From: an uncultured cyanobacterium
GTDB taxonomy: Bacteria > Cyanobacteriota > Cyanobacteriia > Cyanobacteriales > CAWUOF01
Assembly: GCA_963744145.1 (NCBI GenBank)
Contig: CAVUSO010000001.1
Location: forward strand, 3,552,001-3,616,000
Length of the DNA: 64,000 nt
Direction: 5' to 3'
The notes beneath the pieces were generated by a model. That model made no database searches, was not told where the DNA came from, and was given only the letters and a program-made list of their open reading frames with translations. How positions within the stretch are numbered: the first letter of the stretch is position 1; the number at the start of each line of letters is the position of its first letter. Shown here piece by piece: positions 20,066-31,244 of the stretch. A program made the translations under genes and the position numbers.

Positions 20066-21259
20066 TTGGAAAAATTGAAAATTTTGGTGATTAATAATGT
20101 CTATCCTCCTCAGGTAATTGGGGGATATGAACGGGCGATCGCTGACTATGCAAGAAGGTTGCACGAGCGTGGTCATTCAATTCTGGTATTAACAACTAAT
20201 ACACCAGATCTTCCTACTGCTTACATAGATACCGATCCAGAACCGTTTCCCATTCGACGCTGTTTGTCCCTGTGTGGTGCTTGGACTAATCAAGGTCCGA
20301 AGCCGTTCACCTTTAATGAAGTAGCAGCCATAATTCTCAAGAACCGCGAGAATATAGCGCCGGAGTTGCTATCATTTCAACCGGATGTTTGTTTAGCTGG
20401 TAATATGGATTTCTTGAGTATACAAATTTTGGAGCAAGTGTTGGCAAGTGGTGTACCAATTGCCCATTATGTAATGAATCCTTATCCAGGATATCAACCT
20501 GAATTTGCGCCGCGAACTTCTTGGTATCGATACATTAGTGTTAGTGATTTTATTCGCAACGCATTACAGGAATATGGTTGTCCAGTCAAGACAGCTCTGA
20601 CTATTTATCCAGGAGCAGATGTTGATATATTTTATCAAGCTGAACTACCACCCCGAGATCAACTCCGGATTGCCTATGCTAGTTTAGTGATGTACCATAA
20701 AGGAGTAGATATCCTGCTCGAAGCTCTTTACTTACTTTATACTTCTGGCATTGAATTTACTGCTACAATTGCTGGTAGCTCCCTCACTCCTGAATTTGTC
20801 CAGAAACTGCATGAATTTGTTGAGTCAGAAGGTTTACAGGATGTAATAACTTTTACTGGTCTTCTCTCCCAGCAAGAACTTAAGCAACTATACCGTACCC
20901 ACAATGTCTGGATCTTAGCTTCTCGCTTTCACGAACCTTTCAGTATTGGCTTAATTGAAGCTATGGTAGCTGGTTTAACCATCATTGCTAGCAATATGGG
21001 TGGTTCCCCGGAAGCAATCGAAGATGGTGAAAGTGGCTTAATTTTTGCATCAGAAAATCCCCTAGATTTGGCGGATCAGCTATCCTATTTAGCACTGCAT
21101 CCTGAACGGTGGGAAGTAATTGCTCGACAAGGACAACAACGAGCATTATCTAAATTCACTAGAACCAGGACGATCGAGCAACTAGAATCTGTTTTGTTTG
21201 AGCTAGCACTCCAAAAAACATCTAATGAGAATCAGTTAGAAAAAGATCGTGTAACTTAG
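20066..21259 (+). CDS. GT4 glycosyltransferase
   Basis: NNVYPPQVIGGYER, EPFSIGLIEAMVAG (E-x7-E). TTG start after AGGAGG. Confidence 0.9.
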   Translation: MEKLKILVINNVYPPQVIGGYERAIADYARRLHERGHSILVLTTNTPDLPTAYIDTDPEPFPIRRCLSLCGAWTNQGPKPFTFNEVAAIILKNRENIAPELLSFQPDVCLAGNMDFLSIQILEQVLASGVPIAHYVMNPYPGYQPEFAPRTSWYRYISVSDFIRNALQEYGCPVKTALTIYPGADVDIFYQAELPPRDQLRIAYASLVMYHKGVDILLEALYLLYTSGIEFTATIAGSSLTPEFVQKLHEFVESEGLQDVITFTGLLSQQELKQLYRTHNVWILASRFHEPFSIGLIEAMVAGLTIIASNMGGSPEAIEDGESGLIFASENPLDLADQLSYLALHPERWEVIARQGQQRALSKFTRTRTIEQLESVLFELALQKTSNENQLEKDRVT

Positions 21260-21314
21260 TCTGGTTGATTGTCTGTCAAAGTATACTTAATTTTAGTAGT
21301 CAGGAGTTAATGTC

Positions 21315-22493
21315 TTGGAAAAACTGAAAATTTTAGTGATTAATAATCTCTATCCTCCTCAGGTAATTGGGGGATATGAACGGGCGATCGCTGACTATGC
21401 AAGACGTTTATCCGATCGTGGTCACCAGGTTCTAGTATTAACAACTGACACCCCAGAACTACCAACTGCTTATAAAGATATTGATGTAAATCCGATCGTT
21501 GTTAATCGTTGTTTATCTCTGCGCGGAGCTTGGACGAAGGAAGGTACGCGGTCTTTGTCCTGGGAAGAAATACAAGTAGTTATTCAAAAGAACCGTGAAA
21601 ATCTAGCCCAGGAGTTGCCATCTTTTCAACCTGATATTTGTCTAGCAGGTAACATGGATTTCTTGGGAGTAGAAATTGTGACACAGGTGTTAGAATTTGG
21701 TGTACCAGTTGCCCATTATGTGATGAATCCTGAACCAGGATATGTGGCTGAGGTTGCACCTAAACATTCTTTATATCAATACATTACTGTTAGTAATAAG
21801 ATTCGAGATATTTTAGAAAAAGATGGTTATCCAGTAGAAAATGCTGTGACTATTTATCCGGGAGCCGATGCGGATATATTTTATCACCCTGAACTACCAC
21901 CTCAAGACAAACTTCGGATTGTCTATGCTAGTTTAGTGATGCTCTATAAAGGTATAGATATTCTTATCGAGGCTCTTTACTTACTCCATGCTAATGGAAT
22001 TGAATTTAGTGCAACCATCGCGGGAGGATCTCTTACTCCTGACCTGATTGATATATTGAAGATGTTTATTGAGAGAGAAGGTTTCCAGGATGCGGTAACT
22101 TTTACAGGTGTTCTTTCCCAAGCAGAACTTAAACAACTGTATCGGACCCATAATGTCTGGATCTTACCTTCTCGCTTTCAAGAACCTTTTAGCATTGGCT
22201 TAATTGAAGCTATGCTATCTGGTTTAACCATAATTGCTAGCAATATGGGTGGTTCCCCAGAAGCGATCGAACATGGTGAAAGTGGCTTAATTTTTGCATC
22301 AGAAGATCCTCTTGATTTAGTTGATAATTTGTGTTATCTCCCGCTCCATCCGGAACAATGGGAAGCGATCGCGAGACAAGGACAGCAAAGAGCATTATCT
22401 AAATTCACGAGAACCATTACCATGGATCAACTAGAATCAGTTTTATATCAACTCATCCTGGATCAAAAAATCTGCTCAGGAAAGTCAAATTAA
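21315..22493 (+). CDS. GT4 glycosyltransferase, tandem paralog of 20066-21259
   Basis: Same motifs (EPFSIGLIEAMLSG). TTG start after AGGAG. Confidence 0.9.
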   Translation: MEKLKILVINNLYPPQVIGGYERAIADYARRLSDRGHQVLVLTTDTPELPTAYKDIDVNPIVVNRCLSLRGAWTKEGTRSLSWEEIQVVIQKNRENLAQELPSFQPDICLAGNMDFLGVEIVTQVLEFGVPVAHYVMNPEPGYVAEVAPKHSLYQYITVSNKIRDILEKDGYPVENAVTIYPGADADIFYHPELPPQDKLRIVYASLVMLYKGIDILIEALYLLHANGIEFSATIAGGSLTPDLIDILKMFIEREGFQDAVTFTGVLSQAELKQLYRTHNVWILPSRFQEPFSIGLIEAMLSGLTIIASNMGGSPEAIEHGESGLIFASEDPLDLVDNLCYLPLHPEQWEAIARQGQQRALSKFTRTITMDQLESVLYQLILDQKICSGKSN

Positions 22494-22530
22494 TTGATTA
22501 GGAATAAAAAATAAATAACTTGATGATTCG

Positions 22531-22564
22531 GTTCGTAGTAAGTGCTTTAGCGCTTACTACAAAC
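22531..22564. repeat. GTAG-type palindrome between convergent genes (possible bidirectional terminator)
   Basis: gttcGTAGTAAGTGCT-tt-AGCGCTTACTACaaac. Confidence 0.7.
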
Positions 22565-22589
22565 AAGCAAATTATTGAATTTTTATCCC

Positions 22590-25500
22590 TTAGTGATCTA
22601 ATTTCCAGACAGAGAGATTTTCTGCATTAGCCTGTAGTAATGCTGATTTATTTTCATGTTCTAAACTAATCCGACTGTGAATCTTAGACAAAAGTGCTGA
22701 CCATTGGTTTGGGTTCATCTTGTCCAGCAAAGTAATTTCTGGCACTTCGGTTTCATCTAACTCTTTTTGCATGAGTAGATTCATAATTACACCAGATAAA
22801 ACCAGATTTGCATCTTCTGCTGAGATATTGCTGGTATCAAGTAGTACAGTTATTTGATTTTTCTGAGGATGAGTTAAGATGGTGCTAATTAAATTTTCTA
22901 ACTCAAGATAAAGCACATCTTCAGGTTGCTGCCAATCTGGAAAAGCAATTAAGTTAATCGTTCTCAGATTTAAGGTATGGATAAATGTGTCGGATCTTTC
23001 TAAAGCAGATTTTGAGGGTCCGATCGCTACTTCTGGCTCTAACTGATAACGCTGTAGCAACTGTTCAGCTCTAGCGAATTTTGGTAAAATTTTTAATACT
23101 GTTTGTGCAGCTTGTTTAGCTAATTGGATATTACCCATCTTTTCTGCCGTTTGTGCCAAATGCCAAAAAGTACGCCAATAACTATAATTTTGGGTAACTG
23201 GGTCTTCTTTTTGAAACCATACTCCAGTATAATCAATTACACGCAAACCATAAACCTCACCCCGCCGACATTCAAATTCGTCGATCGCTTTTCGACAACC
23301 TTCCCAATGACCATAGTCATCGATCTGAATAATTCCATAGGGAACAATACTGTCATAGAGTGTGTTAAATATATCCATGGTTGACTCGTACCAATCCCCA
23401 TCCGCATGGAGTAAGGCAATATTACCTATCTCTGCTTGGTATTGCGGTAAGGTATCAGCAAATAATCCTGGGACTGGGATCACAAGATCTTTAACATTTA
23501 AAGATTGACAGATTACATCTAAATTTTCCACGATTGGAGCAGCAAGAGTGCCGATGCCAAATTGGGTCATATTCGCAGGAATTCCGTTACTTTTATCAGC
23601 TTCAGTAGGAGCTGGCATCCCTGTAAAGGTATCAAAAGCATATAGCGATCGCGGACGCAAACTATATCTTTTGATTACTAATGCTAGCAATGCTGATGCT
23701 CCTCCTTTGTAAGTACCGCATTCAACAAAGTTACCAGGGAGATCGTCTATACAAATTTGTTTAGCTAGAGAGTAAAGAGAGAATAAACGTTCTTCACTCA
23801 ATAGAGTATAGGGTCGAATCTCCCTCAGAATTTCTTGAAACTCCTGCTCGCGATCGCGAATAACTGGATTTCTATATTGTGCCAAAATATGATGTTGTAT
23901 ACTTTTTTCAACATTTCCTATCTGCCAATAAAGAAAGCTGAGATCGTGATGAACTATTTTCAATTCGGGATTAGCTTTTACGATTTCTGTAAAAATATCA
24001 CTTGCTTGTTTAATTACCCCTTTCACCAAAAATTCTTTACCTTGTTGATAGGATTCAGCTATTTTTTTCTGATCGAAATTATGAGTAACTTTTGGATTAA
24101 AATCATTAGCAAACTTTTGGACATAGCCAAATAACTGAATTAAGAATGAATCAGTTGAATCAAATTCTTGGCTCGGGGAATCAATTAATTTTTTGAGAAA
24201 CCCATTTGTACACCAGGTAAGATTATATCCAAAATAGTCACAATAGTGACTATCAATTTCATATTCATCTGGATGGTTTGCTAAAAATTCTTTTAATGCC
24301 TTATGGGGACCATTATTATAGGAAACATCTTGGCGTAAATCAGAAATAATTCCATCTTCAATGACAATATATTCTTCTGATTTTAAATAAGGATGAAAAA
24401 ATTCTAAAACATATTTACTGGTTTCATAAGCATGATCTGCGTCTTCAATTACCAGTAATGGGCGCACAATTGTGTTCATAAATTCTGGAGTCAACGTGGC
24501 TGACAATGCTCTCCCATCACCCTCTATAAAAGTTACACGAGGATGTTCTAAGGAAGTTATTTTGACGATATCGATTGAATAAATATGTCCGTCAATACCA
24601 AAATTATTCATCATATCCCCGAGCCACAATGCACTACCACCATCCTTAGAACCAATTTCAATAATTGTGCGCGGCTTTAAATTCCAAATTAAAATCGGGT
24701 AAAGTGCTAAGTCAAAGGGATTTTTGATCATGGGCACACCACGATAGGAATAGCTCATGCTACCTTTTTGAATAGACAGAAGGGTATCGCGTGGAAGTGT
24801 TGTATTCCAAGTTCGCTGTTGAGCAGGAATATTTGGTTCTGATTGCCGAAACAATCTGGTTACATTTTCAACTTGAGCTTGTGCTTTAACATGGGTTGGG
24901 TTGATCAATAATTCCGCTTTGGCTGCTGCTAAAGCTTCCTTATGTCGTCCCACATTAGATAGACAAATAGACCTGATATAGTGCATTTCTGGCACATTTA
25001 CACCCATTAATGATGCTTTTTCAGCGATCCGCATAGCATCAACTGGTTTACCACTAGATAATGAATTAATTGCTAGTTTCATCATTTCTTGCACTTGCTG
25101 GACTAGCATTTCCTGATTTTTAGATGGATCATCTACCAGACCACTGATCTGATAATTTTGCAAATGAGTAGGCAAAATCCAGGTAATTTTTGGGTCAGGT
25201 TGATGGGTAACTGGTTCTACATTTCCTCTCCAGGCAACTCCCATAATTTGCATGGTTTGATAAACCATTGTTTGCCACCCTTTTGCTTTCAAGTAGTCCA
25301 AACCTTCGGCTACTGCTGGAGCTGCTAGATCATGGAATAAAATTAAAGCATCTGATTCGGCTAATTGTTCACAAGCGATCGCATCATTCAACGGTCCTGG
25401 TGTTTCATGATTCCCATCTATAAAAATCAGTGACCATTTCCGTTGAGATTGAGCGGCTAATTCTACTACTGTTTGGGGACTAGAGCCAGCAACTAGATTA

Positions 25501-25892
25501 ACTCTCTCCCACACCTCAGCCATTTTTAAGGAATTACTGACACTTTCATAAAAATCAGGTCTTCCTAAAATCGGATCAACTACATCTAACTCTACCCCTG
25601 CTAGTGCTAAATGACAGGCTGACCAACCAAACCAACAGCCAATTTCTAGAGCTTTTTTTCCTTTAAATTTGAGGGCTGTATTATAAAGAATATGAGCTTC
25701 ATCGCGACTGACAAACCCCACACTTGGCACGCGCTGATCCACATACCAGTTATGGGGAATCTCTCGTCGCAAATAAGGCCAAATACAATTATTTGTATCT
25801 CCCGCAATCATATTCGGAAAACATTGATCAGGTTGAATCATCAAAAAATCAGGCGAAATATAATCTCTAGCAGGTAATCCGGTAGGTTCCAT
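22590..25892 (-). CDS. Multidomain O-methyltransferase: Methyltransf_24-like + TPR + CmcI-like + TPR + TylF/MycF-like + conserved C-terminal module
   Basis: LEIGCWFGWS/IFIDGNH. CmcI: YRGVPMIKNPFDL, IIEIGSKDGGS, VIEDADH, YIVIEDG. TylF: LPGNFVECGTYKGG, AFDTFTGMP, LLHADGDWYEST, IQIDDYGHWEGCRKA. Confidence 0.88.
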   Translation of the reverse strand: MEPTGLPARDYISPDFLMIQPDQCFPNMIAGDTNNCIWPYLRREIPHNWYVDQRVPSVGFVSRDEAHILYNTALKFKGKKALEIGCWFGWSACHLALAGVELDVVDPILGRPDFYESVSNSLKMAEVWERVNLVAGSSPQTVVELAAQSQRKWSLIFIDGNHETPGPLNDAIACEQLAESDALILFHDLAAPAVAEGLDYLKAKGWQTMVYQTMQIMGVAWRGNVEPVTHQPDPKITWILPTHLQNYQISGLVDDPSKNQEMLVQQVQEMMKLAINSLSSGKPVDAMRIAEKASLMGVNVPEMHYIRSICLSNVGRHKEALAAAKAELLINPTHVKAQAQVENVTRLFRQSEPNIPAQQRTWNTTLPRDTLLSIQKGSMSYSYRGVPMIKNPFDLALYPILIWNLKPRTIIEIGSKDGGSALWLGDMMNNFGIDGHIYSIDIVKITSLEHPRVTFIEGDGRALSATLTPEFMNTIVRPLLVIEDADHAYETSKYVLEFFHPYLKSEEYIVIEDGIISDLRQDVSYNNGPHKALKEFLANHPDEYEIDSHYCDYFGYNLTWCTNGFLKKLIDSPSQEFDSTDSFLIQLFGYVQKFANDFNPKVTHNFDQKKIAESYQQGKEFLVKGVIKQASDIFTEIVKANPELKIVHHDLSFLYWQIGNVEKSIQHHILAQYRNPVIRDREQEFQEILREIRPYTLLSEERLFSLYSLAKQICIDDLPGNFVECGTYKGGASALLALVIKRYSLRPRSLYAFDTFTGMPAPTEADKSNGIPANMTQFGIGTLAAPIVENLDVICQSLNVKDLVIPVPGLFADTLPQYQAEIGNIALLHADGDWYESTMDIFNTLYDSIVPYGIIQIDDYGHWEGCRKAIDEFECRRGEVYGLRVIDYTGVWFQKEDPVTQNYSYWRTFWHLAQTAEKMGNIQLAKQAAQTVLKILPKFARAEQLLQRYQLEPEVAIGPSKSALERSDTFIHTLNLRTINLIAFPDWQQPEDVLYLELENLISTILTHPQKNQITVLLDTSNISAEDANLVLSGVIMNLLMQKELDETEVPEITLLDKMNPNQWSALLSKIHSRISLEHENKSALLQANAENLSVWKLDH

Positions 25893-25944
25893 CGTTTTTA
25901 CTCTCCTTTTTGTAGATCCGATTTCTAGTTATTATTCTACACAT

Positions 25945-28900
25945 TTATGCCTCAGTCTCTGTCTGAAACAAATTGCTGCTAAAATCAACTAGCTGATAGG
26001 TAGAAATTCTGTCTGCCCCCACCTGGGCGATCGCTTCTTGATTTTCATGGGTCAAGATAATGCGAGCATGAAGTCGCTCCATTAAAGCTTCCCATTGAAT
26101 TTTACTTAAATTACCCATTAAGGAAATTTCTATTTCTGCGGTGACATCCAAATCCTCTTCCATGAGTAAATTCATCACGATACTGGATAAAAGCAAATCT
26201 GCATCTTCTTGTTCAATATTACTGATATCAATCAGCAAAGTCAGGCGATTTTTATCAGGATGAGATGCGATCGCTTTTAATACTGTTGCTAAATCTAATC
26301 CCAGCTCTGCTTCAGGTTGACGCCAATCTGGGAAAACAATTAAATTAATCTCTCTTAATTTTAAATGTAACAGGGTTGTATTAATCAAAATAGCTGCCAC
26401 TGTATTAGCCATTTTTGACCATGAAAAATTTTGAGCTTGGGCAAATCCAGCCGTTCTTAAGGAGTTGCGAATATCATTTTTTTGCACTTCACATAGAGCA
26501 TTTGTCAACCCATTGATATCTTCATCATTAACATATAAAGCTGCTGTCCCAGCTACTTCTGGAATCGAAGCATTAGCACAAGTGATCACAGGACATCCAC
26601 AGGACATCGCTTCCAATACTGGTAAACCAAATCCTTCATATTTGGAGGGATAAACTAATGCTACAGCACCAGCATAAGCTAATCTTAACTCTTCATCACT
26701 AAGTTGTAATAGATGAACAATAACACCTTCAGTATAAGCTCGAAATTGACTTTCTAATACAAATCCCGTTCCGGTACAAACAATCTCAAATCCTTGTTTA
26801 GTACAAAGTTGCGAGAAAGCTTTAAAAAATAACATATTATTTTTATGACTAGTTCCTCCTCCCACGGAAAGAAAATATGGTTTTGTCATGCCATACTTGA
26901 TTTTAAAAGAATTAATTTCTTCTAGCAGGGCTGGATAAAATTTGCGACTAACACCACAATAAGCGACTTTAATAGAGTCTAAAGAAATTGCTGGAAAAAA
27001 TCTTGCTAAGTCGTTGGCTGTGTTTTTTGAAATCGAGATATATGCTGAAGCACGATTAATCGCATGATGTTTTTCTTGCCATACTGGTTCTCTGAGATCA
27101 CTACCCATCACTTCAGGAATCATGTCATAAACCATAAATACAGAAGGTGTCGTGATTGGTGTTGTGTAATAAGTAGAGATAAATAGATCAGCAGATTCTT
27201 CATCACATATTTCTTGCAGCATTTCCCGATCGGTCTCGATGTTAGCATAATTATATGGTGGCACCCATTTATATTTTACCCCACTCATTTTCGGAGCAGT
27301 ACCCCCCCGATCTAGGACGATAATGTACTTAGCAAAACCATTGTCTGTCCATTCTGCTAGCAATGATTTCCAGACCCGGGCAATCCCTGTTTGATGAAGT
27401 TGGAAAAATACACCATCAATCAATATTTTTGGAGATACTTTCTGAACAGGATCGATTTTTGCTGATAATTTTTCTGGTGGTAAAAAGCGCCAGATCTTAG
27501 TATTTTCCTCTTTTTGAGCGATCGGTACTATTCTATAGGAATCGATCGTATCAACCATGGTATCATCGAACACCCATTGGAAATGTTCCCGCAATAAGAT
27601 TGGTAATTTTGTTTGTTTCTGTAATTCTTCCCATTGAGAAACTGCATTTTGATAACCATAATATTGTTCTTTAAATTGCAATTGCTCTGGGGTAACATAG
27701 GCAAAGTGTTGAAAGATCAAACCTTCTTTTTCTGTTTCTTCATGCAAAAAAGGATTTAATTCTGCCAGATCTTGCCATTCCCCACTTGGTAAAGCTTGAC
27801 ATAATCTGGGTGGTTCATGTCTAGCCCAGAATGCTCCCGGTTGATATCTCCATGTCCGCAACCATTCCCAGTCAGGATTTTGAGCATAACAGTTGCGAGT
27901 GCTAATAATTAATTTTTCTCCAACAAAATACCAACACCAGTAAAATGCGGCTGTTTTGGTGGGATTTTCAATAAACATTTGTCGCGCTATACAAATCTGT
28001 TCAGCTGTCCATAATTCATCGACATCTACTTGCCACAGTAAACATTCTGTACGAATATTATTCACTAATGGTGCATTTACCATTTCCCGTTTTCCATCCC
28101 AGAAAATTCCTTCGGGTTTCCGATAAACTGTGACATTTTCTGGATATAGTTGTACTAATTCATCTAAATACTCAGATGTACCATCTTTGCTTCGTCCCTG
28201 ATGATGGATTTCATTAGATATGTAGGCATTATTAGGTAAAGACCAGGCTGTATCATGTTTCAAGTCTGCTACACCTTCAATAATATGCCAATGCCATGGA
28301 TAGGGTAGTTGTCTGAAAACTTCTATGTGATAGTCAATAAATGGTTTACCATTCAGAACGATCGTAAAGAAATGAATTGGTAAATTTAGATTTATATGAG
28401 ATGGAATAGCAACAGATTGTTTTTGACCACAGGCAAGAGTTGATGAATATTCGTGATTGATCAGACGATTTTTGGCAATTTTATGCCAAACTCGTTCAGA
28501 ACCGGGCCAAGTAGGTACAACATCATGAAATGCGATCCACCCACCTTCTTTGATCAGATTGTAGGAAAGTTCAAAATCTTTTAAAACATCTAAAAATTGA
28601 TGAGAACCATCAATAAAAATAAAATCAATTTCCTGTTCACCTGCTAATTCTTGCCATTGACTTAATACTTGGTGGGAATAACCCTGTAAAGGGATTACAT
28701 AGGGAGATAATCCATTTTTTTCTATATTGTTCTGCCAAATATCGAAAAATTTTCGGTCAGGAAAGTCACTATCATTTCCGTCCCAGGTATCAATGCAATA
28801 AATTTTGCGGTTACTTCCTATACAAGCATAAGCCATTGCCACAGTAGAACGTCCTTTATAGGAACCTATTTCCACAATTACAGCCCGATCGGGCAGAGCT

Positions 28901-29688
28901 TTTACTTTATTAAAAAGATACTTTTCTTGTCCAGGAACCATAAAACCTTCGATTGCTTCAACTATTGGTTGGATACTTTTGTAAGTGATCAGGCGATCGC
29001 TGCTAGTTTTTTTGAAGATCGCATAACCATTACGAAGATTTAAGTTTTGGGCAATGAGAGTGTAACTATTATCCTGAGAAAGACGTTGGCGATTTTGATA
29101 ATTTTTAAAAGTATTGACATCATCCAGACAAATATATTTAGCACCATAAACTTCTTCGAGTTCAGCTAAACCTGTAAACTCTGAACCATCGATTAAAACC
29201 AGATCAAAATTATCGATATTGTTTTCTTTTTTAATTTTTTCAATCCCCTCACTTTCAATGCTATAGCTTTTTATATATTCAATATCTTGACGTAACCACC
29301 CTAAAACCATTTCCAAAGGATAAAGATTTAGATTAGTGCTATTGCTTTTATAAAAATCACTAATTTCTGATTCATCAGGAAACTCTGCTAGAGATACAGA
29401 AGAGATATTATAACATTTGACAAAATCATATTGAGCATACCTGTTTTGCAATTCAAAAAATCTTGGTTTTGAGACTTCTAGACAATACAGATTTGGTTGA
29501 TTTTGATTTTCGAGAATTCCGGTTACAAATGCTAATGTGCTTCCTTCACCTGATGAAGAACCTATTTCTAAAATTGTTTTAATATCTGCTTCTTTTGCGA
29601 TCTTGTTCAGATGATAGAATAATTCATCATTTTTGATTTCCGGAGGGATAATTTGATTCAGTTCTGAGTTTTCCATATTTGTAATCAA
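25945..29688 (-). CDS. Multidomain protein: methyltransferase-like + Methyltransf_24-like + GT-A(GT2)-like + GT4 + conserved C-terminal module
   Basis: LEIGSSSGEGST/VLIDGSEF; VEIGSYKGRST/IFIDGSH; LLWQVDVDELW (DxD); YPSKYEGFGLPVLEAMSCG. The start may be MENSE. Confidence 0.85.
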   Translation of the reverse strand: MITNMENSELNQIIPPEIKNDELFYHLNKIAKEADIKTILEIGSSSGEGSTLAFVTGILENQNQPNLYCLEVSKPRFFELQNRYAQYDFVKCYNISSVSLAEFPDESEISDFYKSNSTNLNLYPLEMVLGWLRQDIEYIKSYSIESEGIEKIKKENNIDNFDLVLIDGSEFTGLAELEEVYGAKYICLDDVNTFKNYQNRQRLSQDNSYTLIAQNLNLRNGYAIFKKTSSDRLITYKSIQPIVEAIEGFMVPGQEKYLFNKVKALPDRAVIVEIGSYKGRSTVAMAYACIGSNRKIYCIDTWDGNDSDFPDRKFFDIWQNNIEKNGLSPYVIPLQGYSHQVLSQWQELAGEQEIDFIFIDGSHQFLDVLKDFELSYNLIKEGGWIAFHDVVPTWPGSERVWHKIAKNRLINHEYSSTLACGQKQSVAIPSHINLNLPIHFFTIVLNGKPFIDYHIEVFRQLPYPWHWHIIEGVADLKHDTAWSLPNNAYISNEIHHQGRSKDGTSEYLDELVQLYPENVTVYRKPEGIFWDGKREMVNAPLVNNIRTECLLWQVDVDELWTAEQICIARQMFIENPTKTAAFYWCWYFVGEKLIISTRNCYAQNPDWEWLRTWRYQPGAFWARHEPPRLCQALPSGEWQDLAELNPFLHEETEKEGLIFQHFAYVTPEQLQFKEQYYGYQNAVSQWEELQKQTKLPILLREHFQWVFDDTMVDTIDSYRIVPIAQKEENTKIWRFLPPEKLSAKIDPVQKVSPKILIDGVFFQLHQTGIARVWKSLLAEWTDNGFAKYIIVLDRGGTAPKMSGVKYKWVPPYNYANIETDREMLQEICDEESADLFISTYYTTPITTPSVFMVYDMIPEVMGSDLREPVWQEKHHAINRASAYISISKNTANDLARFFPAISLDSIKVAYCGVSRKFYPALLEEINSFKIKYGMTKPYFLSVGGGTSHKNNMLFFKAFSQLCTKQGFEIVCTGTGFVLESQFRAYTEGVIVHLLQLSDEELRLAYAGAVALVYPSKYEGFGLPVLEAMSCGCPVITCANASIPEVAGTAALYVNDEDINGLTNALCEVQKNDIRNSLRTAGFAQAQNFSWSKMANTVAAILINTTLLHLKLREINLIVFPDWRQPEAELGLDLATVLKAIASHPDKNRLTLLIDISNIEQEDADLLLSSIVMNLLMEEDLDVTAEIEISLMGNLSKIQWEALMERLHARIILTHENQEAIAQVGADRISTYQLVDFSSNLFQTETEA

Positions 29689-29708
29689 CTAAGTTTTCTA
29701 GTCAGACC

Positions 29709-31214
29709 TTAACTGAGATCATATCTTGATAATTTACTAAAATCAATTAGCTGATCGGTAGAAATTCTATCTGCCCCCACCTGGGCGATCGCCTGTTGAT
29801 TTTCATGGGCTAAAATAATTCGAGCCTGAATTTGGGGCATCAAAGCGTCCCATTGAATTTTACTTAAGTTACCCATTAACGAAATTTCTATTTCGACCGT
29901 GACATCTAAATCCTCTTCTATACACAAGTTCATTATTACACTAGATAGAAGCAAATTAGCATCTTCTTGACTAATATTACTAGCATCAATCAGCAAGGTC
30001 AGACGGTTTTTATGAGGATGCACTGCCAGGGTTTTCAATACTATTGCTAAATCTGATCCCAGTTCGATTTCAGGTTGATTCCAATCTGGAAAAATAATGA
30101 AATTAATATCTCTTAATTTTAAAGGTAAAAGAGTAGTATTAATCAAAACTGTTGCAACCGTCTGCGCCATCTTTGACCATGAAAATTTTTGAGCTTGGGT
30201 TAATCCATCCGCAATTAAGGAGTTACGAATATCATTTTTTTGGACTTCACAGAGAGCATTGGTAAACCCATTGATATCTTCATCATTCACATATAAAGCT
30301 GCTGTCCCAGCTACTTCCGGAATCGAAGCATTAGCACAAGTGATCACAGGACATCCACAAGCTAGTGCTTCTAACACTGGTAAACCAAATCCTTCATATT
30401 TAGATGGATAGACCAAAGCAACCGCACCAGCATAAGCTAATCTTAACTCCTCATCACTAGGCCGTAATGGATGGACAACACTACCTTGAGTATAAACCCT
30501 AAATTCATTTTCTAATACAAATCCAGTGCCGACACAAAGAATCTCAAATCCTTGTTTAGTCAAGAGTTGCGAGAAAGCTTTAAAAAATAACATATTATTT
30601 TTATAACCTGCTCCTCCACCCACAGAAATAAAGTAGGGTTTGGTAATCCCATATTTATTTTTAAACCAATTAATTTCTTCCTGTTTGGCGGGAGAAAATT
30701 TATGAGAAACACCACAATAAGCGACCTGAATCGAATCTAACTTAATGGTTGGAAAAAATTTTACTAAGTCGTTAGCTGTATTTTGTGAAATTGAGATATA
30801 GGCAGAAGCATAATTAATTGCATGATGCTTTTCTTGCCATTCTGGTGCTCTAAGATCATCCCCCAATACTTCAGGAATCATATCATAAACTAGCAACACA
30901 GATGGCGTTGTGAGTGGGGTAGTAAAATAAGTAGAAATAAATAAATCAGCAGATTCTTCATCACATACTTCCTGGAGCATTTCCCGATCGATATCTCTTG
31001 TATTAATATTATAAGGGGGCACCAATTTATATTTTATCCCACTCATTTTTGGCATAGTATCTGCTCGATCTAGGACAATTATATACTTGGCAAAACCAGT
31101 TTCTACCCACTCTTCCAGCAATGATTGCCAGACTCGAGTAATCCCGGTTCGATAAGATTGGAAAAATACACCATCAATCAATATTTTTGGAGATACTTCT
31201 TGATTTTTTTTCAT
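29709..31214 (-). CDS. GT4 glycosyltransferase + conserved C-terminal module
   Basis: KILIDGVFFQ...YPSKYEGFGLPVLEALACG...LRDINFIIFPDW. Paralog of the C-terminal part of 25945-29688. Confidence 0.9.
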   Translation of the reverse strand: MKKNQEVSPKILIDGVFFQSYRTGITRVWQSLLEEWVETGFAKYIIVLDRADTMPKMSGIKYKLVPPYNINTRDIDREMLQEVCDEESADLFISTYFTTPLTTPSVLLVYDMIPEVLGDDLRAPEWQEKHHAINYASAYISISQNTANDLVKFFPTIKLDSIQVAYCGVSHKFSPAKQEEINWFKNKYGITKPYFISVGGGAGYKNNMLFFKAFSQLLTKQGFEILCVGTGFVLENEFRVYTQGSVVHPLRPSDEELRLAYAGAVALVYPSKYEGFGLPVLEALACGCPVITCANASIPEVAGTAALYVNDEDINGFTNALCEVQKNDIRNSLIADGLTQAQKFSWSKMAQTVATVLINTTLLPLKLRDINFIIFPDWNQPEIELGSDLAIVLKTLAVHPHKNRLTLLIDASNISQEDANLLLSSVIMNLCIEEDLDVTVEIEISLMGNLSKIQWDALMPQIQARIILAHENQQAIAQVGADRISTDQLIDFSKLSRYDLS

Positions 31215-31244
31215 CTTTGGTTGTAATCCCTCTGTTGTTAAAAA

